A program made the translations under genes and the position numbers. From a virus (taxonomy: Duplodnaviria; Caudoviricetes): a stretch of 52,510 nt of DNA. Of the stretch, positions 35,571 to 45,268 are shown one piece after another. Location of the stretch: IMG/VR virus record IMGVR_UViG_3300010052_000059, positions 1 through 52,510 of that record; one strand, 5' to 3'. Below the pieces are notes generated by a model. The model saw only the letters and a program-made list of their open reading frames with translations. It searched no databases and was not told the origin of the DNA. How positions within the stretch are numbered: the stretch's first letter is position 1; the number at the start of each line of letters is the position of its first letter.

Positions 35571-37016
35571 ATGACGAACGGAATCACGCTGCAGGCGCAG
35601 TCGCCGGCATCGGCGGGTGCTGACCTCGGCTTCGTGCTGCACGGTATGGTGTCCGGACGGCCGATGGTCATGCGTGAGGCCGAGCACGCCGCGCTGATCG
35701 AGGCCATTTCCGCGAACCGCTACACCCTGCCGCGCAATCGCAATACCGGCGCGCGCCATACCGAGAAGGGCACTGCCATTCTCGAAATCCACGGCACGCT
35801 GTTCGACCGCTCGCCGTTCCTCGGTTCCTATTGGGGCCTGACGGCTTATGAGGGCATTCAGGAGCAGGTGCGGCGGATTAAGACGAACGCCGACATCAAG
35901 CGTGTTGTGCTCGACATCAATTCTCCGGGCGGGATGGTGCTCGGCATCGAGGCCTGCGGCAACGCGCTGGCCGATCTCGCGGAAACCAAGCCGGTGTTCG
36001 CGATAGCTCACAACATGGCCTGCAGCGGCGGATACTGGCTCGGCTGCATCGCTGAAGAATTCTCGATCACGCCGAACGGAGAGGTCGGCTCAATCGGTGT
36101 CATCGCCTCGCGCATTTCCTATGCCGAGGCGCTCGAGCGCGCGGGCATCGCGTCGCGCGTGTTCTCGGCAGGCGCCGCAAAGCCGGACGGTCGTTGGATG
36201 ACCGCCCTGAGCGAAGGCGAAGAGGCTGAAACGCAATTTGGCATCGATCGCACCTACGATCAGTTCGTCGCTCACGTAGCCAAGTTTCGCGGTATCGACG
36301 AGGACATTGTGCGGGCGACGGACGCGCGCTGCTTTGCCGGGCAGGATGCCGTTCGCGCCAAGCTCGCCGATCGCGTCGAGACGCTCGAGGAACTGGTTGA
36401 GCGCATCGAGGCCGGCTCGTCTCGCGTCAAGCCCAAGCGCAAACCTAAAATTGAAGCAGGTTCGAAGGGCGGGCTCGCGCCGGCCAACCGAAACCCGGTG
36501 CCGCAGGCGCCGGACGATGAAGCGCCCTCCGCGGGCAACAAAGGAGCTAAACGCATGTCTCACCAGGCTGCTGCGGACGGGCAAACCGATCTCGCAGCTC
36601 AGATCACGGCCGCCCTCGTAGGGATGGCCGGAAAGGCGCCTGCGCCAGCAGCCGCCGCCCCTGCAGCATCCGCACCGGCTGCCGAAGCGGCCAAGCCGGA
36701 CGCTGCCGCCGAGGCTACGGCGCGCATCTTCGCCATTCTCGATTGCGAGGAGGCCAAGGACAAGCCGGCAATGGCTCGCAAGCTTGCTGGCAACGTAAAG
36801 CTGACCGTCGACGAGGCCAAGGAACTGCTCAAGGCCGCCGCCGCTGAGAAGCCCGAAGCCGCCGCTGACGACAAGTCGCAGCTCAATGCGGGTCTGACCG
36901 CTGAGATGCAGAAGCGCGGCAACGCCGCCGGCATTCAGCCGGCCGCTGCTGGCGCTTCGGATCAGCGTCCGTCGCTCTCCGCTCGTTTCGAGAAGAAGTT
37001 CAGCAAAAAGGGTTAA
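35571..37016 (+). CDS. S49 prohead protease with C-terminal scaffold (lambda C/Nu3-like)
   Basis: LDINSPGG, ACSGGYW, VGSIGV; internal AAGGAG + in-frame ATG at 36555. Confidence 0.9.
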   Translation: MTNGITLQAQSPASAGADLGFVLHGMVSGRPMVMREAEHAALIEAISANRYTLPRNRNTGARHTEKGTAILEIHGTLFDRSPFLGSYWGLTAYEGIQEQVRRIKTNADIKRVVLDINSPGGMVLGIEACGNALADLAETKPVFAIAHNMACSGGYWLGCIAEEFSITPNGEVGSIGVIASRISYAEALERAGIASRVFSAGAAKPDGRWMTALSEGEEAETQFGIDRTYDQFVAHVAKFRGIDEDIVRATDARCFAGQDAVRAKLADRVETLEELVERIEAGSSRVKPKRKPKIEAGSKGGLAPANRNPVPQAPDDEAPSAGNKGAKRMSHQAAADGQTDLAAQITAALVGMAGKAPAPAAAAPAASAPAAEAAKPDAAAEATARIFAILDCEEAKDKPAMARKLAGNVKLTVDEAKELLKAAAAEKPEAAADDKSQLNAGLTAEMQKRGNAAGIQPAAAGASDQRPSLSARFEKKFSKKG

Positions 37017-37019
37017 GCC

Positions 37020-37406
37020 ATGGCTGTGGTTTCCAACTATCCGACACTTTCGGGAGACTGGCTCCGACATGAGCTCGACTCCCGCCTCAACCGCGAAGAG
37101 GTAACGATCGTCGCGGGCGCCGGCGTGCTGCCCACGGGCGCCGTCCTCGGCAAGATTACGGCGTCCGGCAAGTACAAGCGTCACGTCAACGGCGCCTCTG
37201 ACGGCACCCAGACGGCTGTCGCCGTGTTGCTCAACGCTGTCGATGCCTCGGGCGGCTCGGACGTCAAAGGCGTGATCGTCACCGGTCAGGCCGAAATCGT
37301 CGCGCTCGCTCTGAGCTGGGACGCGTCGGTCAACGACAACACCAAAAAGAACTCCGCGCTCGCCTCGCTGGCGACGCTGGGCTTCAAGACCCGCCAGCTC
37401 GCCTAA
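37020..37406 (+). CDS. Head decoration protein
   Basis: GAVLGKITASGKY, DGTQTAVAVL. Confidence 0.88.
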   Translation: MAVVSNYPTLSGDWLRHELDSRLNREEVTIVAGAGVLPTGAVLGKITASGKYKRHVNGASDGTQTAVAVLLNAVDASGGSDVKGVIVTGQAEIVALALSWDASVNDNTKKNSALASLATLGFKTRQLA

Positions 37407-37494
37407 CGGCGAAGAACTCTGATCCCGACGCCCGTAGGCCCTGCCTGCGGGCGTTTTTGATTCAGCATCCGACGTCGAAAGGACGCAAAACCCC

Positions 37495-38544
37495 ATGCAG
37501 CTCGATTTCCTGCGCGACCCGCGCTACTCCGTCCGCAATGTGTCGGACGCCATCATGAAGATTCCGAACGAGTATTCGCTGCTCTCGCAGCTCGGCTTGT
37601 TCCCGGAGAAGGGCATCCGCACGACGTATGTCGAGATCGAAGCCAAGGAAGGCTTCCTCAACCTCATTCCTACGTCCGAACGTGGCGCACCGGCTCCTGA
37701 GAAGAAGCGTGCGAACCGCTCGACCCGCGTCATGAAGACCTACTTCATGCAGCAGAACGACACGATCCGCCCGTCCGACCTGCAGAACCTTCCGGCGTTC
37801 GGCGCACTCGGTGAGCCGTTCTTCGAGGCGTTCGATGATGTGCTTGCGGAGCGCTTCTTCGAATTGCAGCGCGGCTATCGCCAGACGCATGAATACATGC
37901 GTTGGGGTGCGCTGCGCGGTGACGTATATGATGCCGACGGCTCGCGCGTTCTCTACAACTGCTACACGGAGATGGGCGAGAGCCAGCAGTCGATCGACTT
38001 CAAGTTCGGCACGACATCCTCCGACACCGTGATGGCAGCAACGAAGGAATCGCGCCGCTTCATGGAGCGCAACCTTCTCGGTGAGCCCATGGGTCGCCAG
38101 CTCTACCTCTGCTCGGCCGAGTTCTTCGATAAAGTCACCACGCATCCGGCGTTCATCGAGATCTACAAGAACGTCGGCAACCCGGTCGGCCGTCAGAACC
38201 CGTTGCTCGAGGATCTGGGCGTCACCTACTTCCAGCACGGCACGGCAACGTTCGTCGAGCACAACGGTCAGGCCAGCTATCTCAACGCTGACGGCACGAC
38301 GTCGACGCGCCGGTTCATCCCGGAGAACGAGTGCATCATCGTGCCGCTCGGCACGCAGCAGGTGTTCCGCAGCTACTTCTCGCCCGGCGAGATGATGGAC
38401 GCGATCAACATGCCCGGTCAGGCCATGTACGTGTCGCTCAGGGAACTCGATCACGGTGCGGGCGTCGAGATCCACACGGAATCGGCTCCGCTGTTCCTCG
38501 TCCAGAAGCCGCGTCTAGTGCTGCGCGGCTATTCCAGCAACTAA
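37495..38544 (+). CDS. Major capsid protein (lambda E family)
   Basis: LGLF, THEYMRWGALRG, ESAPL. Confidence 0.9.
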   Translation: MQLDFLRDPRYSVRNVSDAIMKIPNEYSLLSQLGLFPEKGIRTTYVEIEAKEGFLNLIPTSERGAPAPEKKRANRSTRVMKTYFMQQNDTIRPSDLQNLPAFGALGEPFFEAFDDVLAERFFELQRGYRQTHEYMRWGALRGDVYDADGSRVLYNCYTEMGESQQSIDFKFGTTSSDTVMAATKESRRFMERNLLGEPMGRQLYLCSAEFFDKVTTHPAFIEIYKNVGNPVGRQNPLLEDLGVTYFQHGTATFVEHNGQASYLNADGTTSTRRFIPENECIIVPLGTQQVFRSYFSPGEMMDAINMPGQAMYVSLRELDHGAGVEIHTESAPLFLVQKPRLVLRGYSSN

Positions 38545-38639
38545 GCGCTTCGCTTTCGCGACGTGCCGTTCAAGGCCCGGCGGCAAACTGCCGGGCCTTT
38601 CGCCGTGCGCCGCAGACAATCAACGAAGGGGGTTCCCAC

Positions 38640-39062
38640 ATGCGCGTGAAAATGCTCGATGACGAAACCGTGCGCGTCGACAAGCTCAACTCGAAGACCT
38701 TTCCGAAGGGCTGGGCTGGTGAAGTCGACGACACCGTTGCTAGAGGCTGGATCAAACGCGGCGCCGCCGAAGAGCTTCCCGCCGATGAAACGCAGCCAGT
38801 CGAATTTTCGGAGATCGAGAAGGCCGTTCTCAAGGCGGTTGCGCGCCAAGCAATTGACGCCGTGAATGGCGACGAACAGGTCGATCCGGACACGGGCGAA
38901 GTCAGCGAACAAAAGACGGTTGCCGAGGTTCTCGCCGATCTCACCTTCGCAGAACTCAAGGAATTCGCGAAGACAAAGGGGGTCACGTCCCGCAAGCGTG
39001 CCGACATCGAAGCCGATCTCGTCAAGCTGATCGAGGCTGAGCAGGCAGCGGCTGCAGCCTGA
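38640..39062 (+). CDS. Hypothetical head-associated protein
   Basis: Position after capsid; C-terminal Rho-N-like helix pair. Confidence 0.6.
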   Translation: MRVKMLDDETVRVDKLNSKTFPKGWAGEVDDTVARGWIKRGAAEELPADETQPVEFSEIEKAVLKAVARQAIDAVNGDEQVDPDTGEVSEQKTVAEVLADLTFAELKEFAKTKGVTSRKRADIEADLVKLIEAEQAAAAA

Positions 39063-39406
39063 TGTTCGACTTCGACGCCCACACGAACGCGCCACTGTTC
39101 GGCATTTACGCTCGTCCCGTCACTTACAGCCCAGCGGCGAAGCTCGCCAAGCCGCTGGCGCCGCTCCGCGCCATCTTCGACCGCGCGCACGAAGTCGTGC
39201 TCGACGAGATGATGAACTCGGAGCTGCGCCAGGCTGGGCACTCGACGACAGCGCCCGTGCTCACGGTGCGGCTGACCGACTTCGCGACGAAGCCGGCGCA
39301 GGGCGACGAGGTCACGGTTCCGAACGAAGGCACGTTTGTCGTGTGGGACGTGCAGCCGGACGGCGAAGGCTGCGCGGACCTGATCCTGCGCGTCGACGAG
39401 GACTGA
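39062..39406 (+). CDS. Head-tail joining protein (FII-like)
   Basis: P.QGDEV...F.V.DVQPDGEG...LIL. Confidence 0.75.
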   Translation: MFDFDAHTNAPLFGIYARPVTYSPAAKLAKPLAPLRAIFDRAHEVVLDEMMNSELRQAGHSTTAPVLTVRLTDFATKPAQGDEVTVPNEGTFVVWDVQPDGEGCADLILRVDED

Positions 39407-39407
39407 C

Positions 39408-39944
39408 ATGCTGATCATGGAAAAGCTGTGCGAGGCCGCTATGGCGCGCCTCGTTGAAACCGGCTTCGTCGGCGGCAATATCGAAATTCATCGTGATCCG
39501 CCGACCAAAGACGAGGCGCTGCCGCTCGCCGGCATTTCCTACGATAGCGATTCCGCCGATGCCGACGGCGACCCGCGCACCGGCACGTCGGACTTCGTGC
39601 ACAAGCTCACGCTCGCGATCGATGTTCTCGACAAGGGTAAGACGGGCAAAGCCTGCATGGCGAAGCTCGCGCTTCATGGCCAGCACATCATGGCGGCGCT
39701 CTGCACAGATCCCTGGACCTGGGGAACGATCGATGGATCGCCCGTCGTCGAGGGCATCGGAGGCGTGCGCACCATTACAGAAAAGAGCCCCGAGGGCGCG
39801 GTGATCGTCTACCGGCGCCAGGTGCAGATCGACGTTCTCTATCGCAGCCAGTGGGAGCCGAACGCCGACGGTCTCCCCGACTTCAGCGGCATCACTGTCG
39901 ACGCCGGCGACGGCATCGAAGCCGAAATCACGATCCCCGAGTAA
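39408..39944 (+). CDS. Tail terminator-like protein
   Basis: Acidic; position before the sheath. Confidence 0.6.
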   Translation: MLIMEKLCEAAMARLVETGFVGGNIEIHRDPPTKDEALPLAGISYDSDSADADGDPRTGTSDFVHKLTLAIDVLDKGKTGKACMAKLALHGQHIMAALCTDPWTWGTIDGSPVVEGIGGVRTITEKSPEGAVIVYRRQVQIDVLYRSQWEPNADGLPDFSGITVDAGDGIEAEITIPE

Positions 39945-39978
39945 GTCACTACACCCCCGCTTCCGTCAGGAGAAACCA

Positions 39979-40179
39979 ATGTCAGACCGCATCTACGTCG
40001 CTCCGGCGGCGGGGAAGAGCCCCCGCGCGCCGTTGCCGCCCTACGCCGTCGTGCCGGCCGAGGGTGGCTGGTTCACCGACTGCGCCGCGTGGCGCCGCCT
40101 CGAGGAGGCGGGTGACGTCACGATCTCGAAATCCGCACCGGCCGCAAAGAAGGCGGCCGCCCCCAAGGCCAGCAAGTAA
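39979..40179 (+). CDS. DUF2635/Mu gp38-like protein
   Basis: V.PAAG...PAEG...WRR....GDV. Confidence 0.75.
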   Translation: MSDRIYVAPAAGKSPRAPLPPYAVVPAEGGWFTDCAAWRRLEEAGDVTISKSAPAAKKAAAPKASK

Positions 40180-40192
40180 GGAGCCCTGACCG

Positions 40193-41731
40193 ATGCCCGT
40201 CAGCTACAATCACATTTCGCCGTCGACCCGGTTGCCGCTGTTCTGGGCGGAGATCGACCCCAGCCAGGCCGGCACCTTCCAGAACTACCAGCGTGCGCTG
40301 GTGCTCGGCTACAAGACGGCCGCAGCGCCCGCCACGGCAAATGCTCTCGTGCGCGTTTCCTCGCCGGACCAGGCCAAGGCACTGTTCGGCCGCGGCTCGC
40401 ATGGCGCGGGCATGTTCGAAGCCTGGTTCAAGAACAACACCTTCGATGAAGTGTGGGGCATTGCTATCGCCGAGCCTGGCGCAGGCGTCGCCGCAACCGG
40501 CTCGATCGAGGTGACGGGCACCGCAACTGCTTCCGGTATCCTGTCGCTCTACATTTCGGGACGCCGCGTGCAAGTCGGCGTGACTGCGGGCGACACGAAA
40601 TCCGCCATCGCGACGGCGATCGCCGCGGCGATCAACGCCAATCTCGACCTTCCGGTTACGGCAGCCGTGGTCGACGATGCCGACGATGACACGGTCGCCC
40701 TGACCGCGAAGTGGAAGGGCATCGACAGCAACGGCATCGACGTCCGTGTGAACTACCTCGGCCAGATCGGCGGCGAAGCACTGCCCGCCGGCGTGACGCT
40801 TACGATCACCGCCATGGCGAGCGGCACAGGCAACCCGGATCTCACGAGCGCGCTCGCCGCGATCGGCGATCAGGAGTTCGATACGGTCGTCATCGGCTGG
40901 AACGACGCCACGACGTTCAACGCTGTCGACCTCGAATGGAGCCACGTTGGCGACGTCGGCCGCTGGAGCTGGTTGCGTCAGTTGTTCGGTCACGTCTACA
41001 GCGCCAAGGATGGCACGGTCGGCGACCTTCAGACGTTTGGTCAGACCCGCAACGGGGCGCATATCACGTGCTTCGGCTATCGCGGTTCGCCGACGCCGTT
41101 CTGGGAGCGCGCCGCGATGTTCGCTGCTCAGGCGCACCGCGCGCTGATGAACGATCCGGCTCGTCCGCTGCACACTCTCCCGCTCAACGGGATGCTGCCG
41201 GCGATCATCAGCCAGCGCTTCACGAAGGGCGAAAAGAACTCGCTCGCGTTCGATGCCATCTCCGTCTGCAAGGAGACGGAGGACGGCGTCTGCCAGATCG
41301 AGACGTCGTTCTCGATGTACCAGAAGAACACGCATGGTCTCGACGACAACGCGTTCCTGAAAGTGCAGACGCTCGCAACGCTGGCGTATGTGCTCCGCTC
41401 GCTGCGCTACCGCATCGTGCAGAAGTTCCCGCGCCATAAGCTCGCGAACGATGGCACCCGATACGGACCCGGTCAGGCCATCGTGACGCCGAAAGTCGCG
41501 AAGGCGGTCATCGTCGCGCACTATCGCGAGCTCGAGTATCTCGGCCTTGTCGAGAACGCCGAAGCCTTCGCTGCGAACCTGATCGTCGAGCGCAACGCCA
41601 ACGACCCGAACCGCCTCGACGTGCTCTATCCGCCGGATCTCGTCAACCAGCTCGACGTGTTCGCCGTGCTGGCGCAGTTCCGCCTGCAGTATCCGGCGCA
41701 GCTGCCGGATCAGGCTCTCCCCATCGCCTAA
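40193..41731 (+). CDS. Tail sheath (Mu gpL-like)
   Basis: PLFWAEID, DPARPL, KFPRHKLA, PPDLVNQL. Confidence 0.95.
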   Translation: MPVSYNHISPSTRLPLFWAEIDPSQAGTFQNYQRALVLGYKTAAAPATANALVRVSSPDQAKALFGRGSHGAGMFEAWFKNNTFDEVWGIAIAEPGAGVAATGSIEVTGTATASGILSLYISGRRVQVGVTAGDTKSAIATAIAAAINANLDLPVTAAVVDDADDDTVALTAKWKGIDSNGIDVRVNYLGQIGGEALPAGVTLTITAMASGTGNPDLTSALAAIGDQEFDTVVIGWNDATTFNAVDLEWSHVGDVGRWSWLRQLFGHVYSAKDGTVGDLQTFGQTRNGAHITCFGYRGSPTPFWERAAMFAAQAHRALMNDPARPLHTLPLNGMLPAIISQRFTKGEKNSLAFDAISVCKETEDGVCQIETSFSMYQKNTHGLDDNAFLKVQTLATLAYVLRSLRYRIVQKFPRHKLANDGTRYGPGQAIVTPKVAKAVIVAHYRELEYLGLVENAEAFAANLIVERNANDPNRLDVLYPPDLVNQLDVFAVLAQFRLQYPAQLPDQALPIA

Positions 41732-41793
41732 ACCGACGCCAGCAGCCGCGCCGGCGCCGGCGCGGCTCCATCATCTGACAAGGAGACGAGACA

Positions 41794-42159
41794 ATGGCGA
41801 ACAACCGCATCGCGGGCGTCGCGTTCGTGAAATTCGACGGCCGGCAGCTGCCCATTCGCGGCAACTGGAAGGTCGGCTTCAACAAGCTCAAACGTGAAGG
41901 CATCGCCGGCCAGGACCGCGTGCACGGCTACAAGGAAATGCCCGACGTGCCGTTCATCGAGGGCGATGTGTCGACGACAGAAGACGTGTCGCTGCCCGTT
42001 CTCCTCGGCATCAAGGATGCAACGGTGACGATCGAGATCGCCAACGGCAAGGCGTACGTGCTGCGCAATGCCTGGACGGCGAACAGCTACGAGGTTGAAA
42101 CCGAGGAAGGCAAGCTCGGCGTTCGCTTCGAGGGCATGGAAATCGACGAAATTCGATAA
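41794..42159 (+). CDS. Tail tube (Mu gpM-like)
   Basis: RIAG, GQD.VHGYKE, NGKAYVL.NAW. Confidence 0.9.
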   Translation: MANNRIAGVAFVKFDGRQLPIRGNWKVGFNKLKREGIAGQDRVHGYKEMPDVPFIEGDVSTTEDVSLPVLLGIKDATVTIEIANGKAYVLRNAWTANSYEVETEEGKLGVRFEGMEIDEIR

Positions 42160-42193
42160 GCCGCGCCGGGGTGGCGGTTGGCTCTTTTTAGTT

Positions 42194-42222
42194 GCGCTTC
42201 GGTTGCCCAGTGCCAACCGCGC
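42194..42222 (+). repeat. UUC-bulged hairpin motif copy 8
   Basis: 29 nt identical to 21973-22001; intergenic. Confidence 0.9.
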
Positions 42223-42248
42223 GCGATTACAACTCAGGGGGACTTTTC

Positions 42249-42797
42249 ATGACAAACGATCCGCGCTTCCACGGAGGCCAGGAATACGCGCCGCAGCCGG
42301 CGCCGACACCAGCTGCCGAGGCCTACGCTCCGCAGCCTGTCATGCGGTCCGCACCGCAGGGCTACCAGCCCCAGCCCGCGCCGCAGACCTATGCGCAAGC
42401 GCCCGTTGCAGCGCAGGTGGCCGCCGCGCCTCCGGTGGCGCCTGTGCAGCATTATCCGGCAGCTCCCGCGCCTGTCGCTGCGCCGGCGAAGCCCGCCGAC
42501 CCCAACGAGGTCATTCTCTCGAAAGCGTACTTCGCGCACGATGAGGAAATCGATCGCATCACACTGCGCAAGCCGGTGACGCGCGATATCAAAAAGCTCG
42601 GCAACCCCGTAAAGATCCAGACGAACGCCGAAGGCGTCATCGTTGACATGGATATGCGGTGGGATCTGGTCGCCAAGTACATCTCCGTCCTCGCAACGCC
42701 GCCTCTGCCGCCATCCACCGTCGATCAGTTTGAATATGAGGACCTGGACGCCTGCGCCGGGGTGATCGCGGGTTTTTTCGTGAAGCTGGCGCGATAG
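42249..42797 (+). CDS. Tail assembly chaperone; -1 frameshift product predicted to end at 42940
   Basis: ITLRKP...DL...I.GFF; slippery GGGTTTTTTC 42770-42779. Confidence 0.85.
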   Translation: MTNDPRFHGGQEYAPQPAPTPAAEAYAPQPVMRSAPQGYQPQPAPQTYAQAPVAAQVAAAPPVAPVQHYPAAPAPVAAPAKPADPNEVILSKAYFAHDEEIDRITLRKPVTRDIKKLGNPVKIQTNAEGVIVDMDMRWDLVAKYISVLATPPLPPSTVDQFEYEDLDACAGVIAGFFVKLAR

Positions 42798-42943
42798 AGG
42801 ACCTCGTCCTCGTCGCGTATTGGCTTGCGCACGTCTTCAAACAGCATCCCGATTCCTTCCTCGATCTCGATCCGGTCGCGCTTTCCGAGCACTACGAAGA
42901 GACGCAGCGGCTCCTGAAAATCATGCACAACAAGGGGTGATCC

Positions 42944-45265
42944 GTGGCCGCATTGGACCTGCGCGGGCGGGTGACGATCACGAATGGCGCCAGCGGCACG
43001 CTCGGCACCATTCAGCGTCAGCTGTCCGCCATCGGCGCGCAGTCGAAGACCGCCTCACTCGGCACGTTTTCGGGGAACGCGCTCGGCTCGATGGTCGTTG
43101 CGACTAATCGACTTCAGCAGAGCATCGTCGGCTTGCGCGGCACGATGCTCGGCGCCGGGTTTGCGTTGGGCGGCATCATTGCGACGACGAAGAAGTTCAA
43201 CGAGAGCAACTTCGGATACGGCTTCGCGCGCATCACTGAGTTCGTCAAAGACGGCAAGCTGCAACTCACCGAGTGGAAGGCCGCGATGGCGCAGGCCGCC
43301 AAAGAGGCGCGGCAGTCTGCCCAGGACCTCGGCACCACGCCCGAAGTGACGATGAAAGCACGTGAAGAGGTCGAAAAGCTCGGTATGCGGGGATCAACCT
43401 CGCAGGCGCTCTATGACGCCGCGATGGGTCTCTACCTGTCAGAGCCGAGCGCGCTCGAGCCCGGTGCGGCCGCGAGCTTCATTGGTCAGGTGTACTCTGG
43501 CTATGAGAAGCAGCGCACAAAGCTGGCTGGCGATCTGGGTGTCGACGTCAACGACGAGAAGTTCGAAGCGGCATACATGAAGGGCCTCGCCGCCAAGGCG
43601 GCCGTCGCGGCGGCGAGCAGCCCCTTAGGACCGGCGGACACCGTTGAAGGTATGCGCCAGTTTGCGCCGCTCTATGCTGGCATGGGAATTCCTTACGAGT
43701 TCGCGCTCGCTATGCTTGCGCACGGCTCGAAGTACGGCTTCCAGGCGCCGGAACTCGGCACTGCGTTTAAGTCGATGGGCAACAAGGCCATGAATCCGAC
43801 GGCGACGGCGATGCGCATACTCGATGCGCGCCAAATCGACCGATCGAAATTCATGAAGACGGAGGCGGCAGACCCGCAGAAAGCGCTTCTCCGGCTCAAC
43901 AATCTGCTCGACGGGCAGCTGTTCCGTGGCAAGGGCGGTCCTGATCGGAAGGCGCAATGGCTGCGCGAGCTCGATGCAGATCGCAAAGACGGCACGATGA
44001 CGTCGGCCGATTTCCAGCAGCATCTCGTCGACAAGGCGATGAAGTCGCTCGGCAAGGGCTGGGTCGGGCGCGCTGACGACGTGCGCCTTGCGGTGGCAAA
44101 CTCGGTGGCGCAGGCATCGGGTGAGATCGACTTGCCCGGCTATATCGGAGCACTGCGCGAGGCCGGTGTTTCGATCGGCGAAATTGCGCAGATCTTCGAG
44201 GGTCGTCACGTCGCACGCAACACGCCGATTTTCGAATTCTACGACAAGCTGATCAAGCTCTACGAGGACCTGAAGCAGGTTGATGGGCAGGTCATCGACG
44301 CCGTGGTCGAAGGGCGAAAGGAGAGCGAAGCCGGCAAGACGGATTCGTTGTTCGGCGCGTGGCAGAACATGATCGGGGCGCTCGAAAATACCGGCGTGAT
44401 CTCGAAAACGAAAGACGCGCTGATTGCGCTCATGAACGGCATCGCGGCCATGCCAGTGGGCGCACTCACGGCTGTCACCGCCGCGCTCGTCGGCTTGGGG
44501 GCTGCGGCAGCGGGCCTGACGATCGTCGCAGGCGCCATCCGCTTAATCGCGGGTTCCGCGCGCGTCCTCGGTTTAGTCGGGGCCGGCGCTGGTGCCGGAG
44601 GTGCTGCCGCTGCGGGCGGCTCCATGGCCGCACTTGCTGGCGCGGGAGCGGGCGGCGTTGCCGCCGGCATGACCGCGAAGCAAGCCGGTAAGGCGCTCGG
44701 TCGCATGGGGTCTGCAACGGCCTCCGGTCGGTTTCTTGGGCTTGGCGCCGGAACAGCGGGCGCCGCGACCGCGGGCGCAGGCTGGCTCGCTCGGGGCGGC
44801 AGCGTTCTCGGACGGACTGCAAGCCGCGCTCTGCTGCCTCTCGGTCTCCTCATGATGGGCTACGACGCTTACAACGGGTATCAGGAAAACGGCTGGAAGG
44901 GCGCGCTGCTCAATCCGCTGACTCTCGGTATGTACTCCGGCGGAGACGCAAGTGCCGCTGAAGGGTCATCGACGGACCTGCCTACGGTCGACGTTGACCA
45001 GTCCGCCGGCGGCGGGCTCGACATCGGGTCGTCCGGCCAGCAATCCGTCAGCGACGCGCAGGCGATCGCCGAGCAGATCCGCGCTGCGTTCGCATCGATC
45101 GACTTGTCGTCGGTCGGCCAACAGATCATGGCTTCCCTCGCGGCCGGCATTACCGCTGGCGGCGCTCAAGCCGTTGCCGCGGCGAACAACGTCGCGTCGC
45201 AAGTCAGGGCCGCCGGTCAGCGCGTACAGCTGAACACCGGCCCGAACATGCAGCCTGCGAGGTAA
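42944..45265 (+). CDS. Tape measure protein
   Basis: Long Ala/Gly-rich protein after the chaperone. Confidence 0.9.
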   Translation: MAALDLRGRVTITNGASGTLGTIQRQLSAIGAQSKTASLGTFSGNALGSMVVATNRLQQSIVGLRGTMLGAGFALGGIIATTKKFNESNFGYGFARITEFVKDGKLQLTEWKAAMAQAAKEARQSAQDLGTTPEVTMKAREEVEKLGMRGSTSQALYDAAMGLYLSEPSALEPGAAASFIGQVYSGYEKQRTKLAGDLGVDVNDEKFEAAYMKGLAAKAAVAAASSPLGPADTVEGMRQFAPLYAGMGIPYEFALAMLAHGSKYGFQAPELGTAFKSMGNKAMNPTATAMRILDARQIDRSKFMKTEAADPQKALLRLNNLLDGQLFRGKGGPDRKAQWLRELDADRKDGTMTSADFQQHLVDKAMKSLGKGWVGRADDVRLAVANSVAQASGEIDLPGYIGALREAGVSIGEIAQIFEGRHVARNTPIFEFYDKLIKLYEDLKQVDGQVIDAVVEGRKESEAGKTDSLFGAWQNMIGALENTGVISKTKDALIALMNGIAAMPVGALTAVTAALVGLGAAAAGLTIVAGAIRLIAGSARVLGLVGAGAGAGGAAAAGGSMAALAGAGAGGVAAGMTAKQAGKALGRMGSATASGRFLGLGAGTAGAATAGAGWLARGGSVLGRTASRALLPLGLLMMGYDAYNGYQENGWKGALLNPLTLGMYSGGDASAAEGSSTDLPTVDVDQSAGGGLDIGSSGQQSVSDAQAIAEQIRAAFASIDLSSVGQQIMASLAAGITAGGAQAVAAANNVASQVRAAGQRVQLNTGPNMQPAR

Positions 45266-45268
45266 GCC

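Noticed and set aside
36951-36975. Extra copies of the bulged hairpin here, at 15571-15594 and in recJ 1711-1725
   Set aside because: Only partial matches with weak or missing complementary arms; could be chance in GC-rich DNA.
37428-38600. Hairpins at about 37427-37458 and 38572-38600 as novel RNAs
   Set aside because: Simple terminator or stabiliser stems flanking the capsid gene, as expected.
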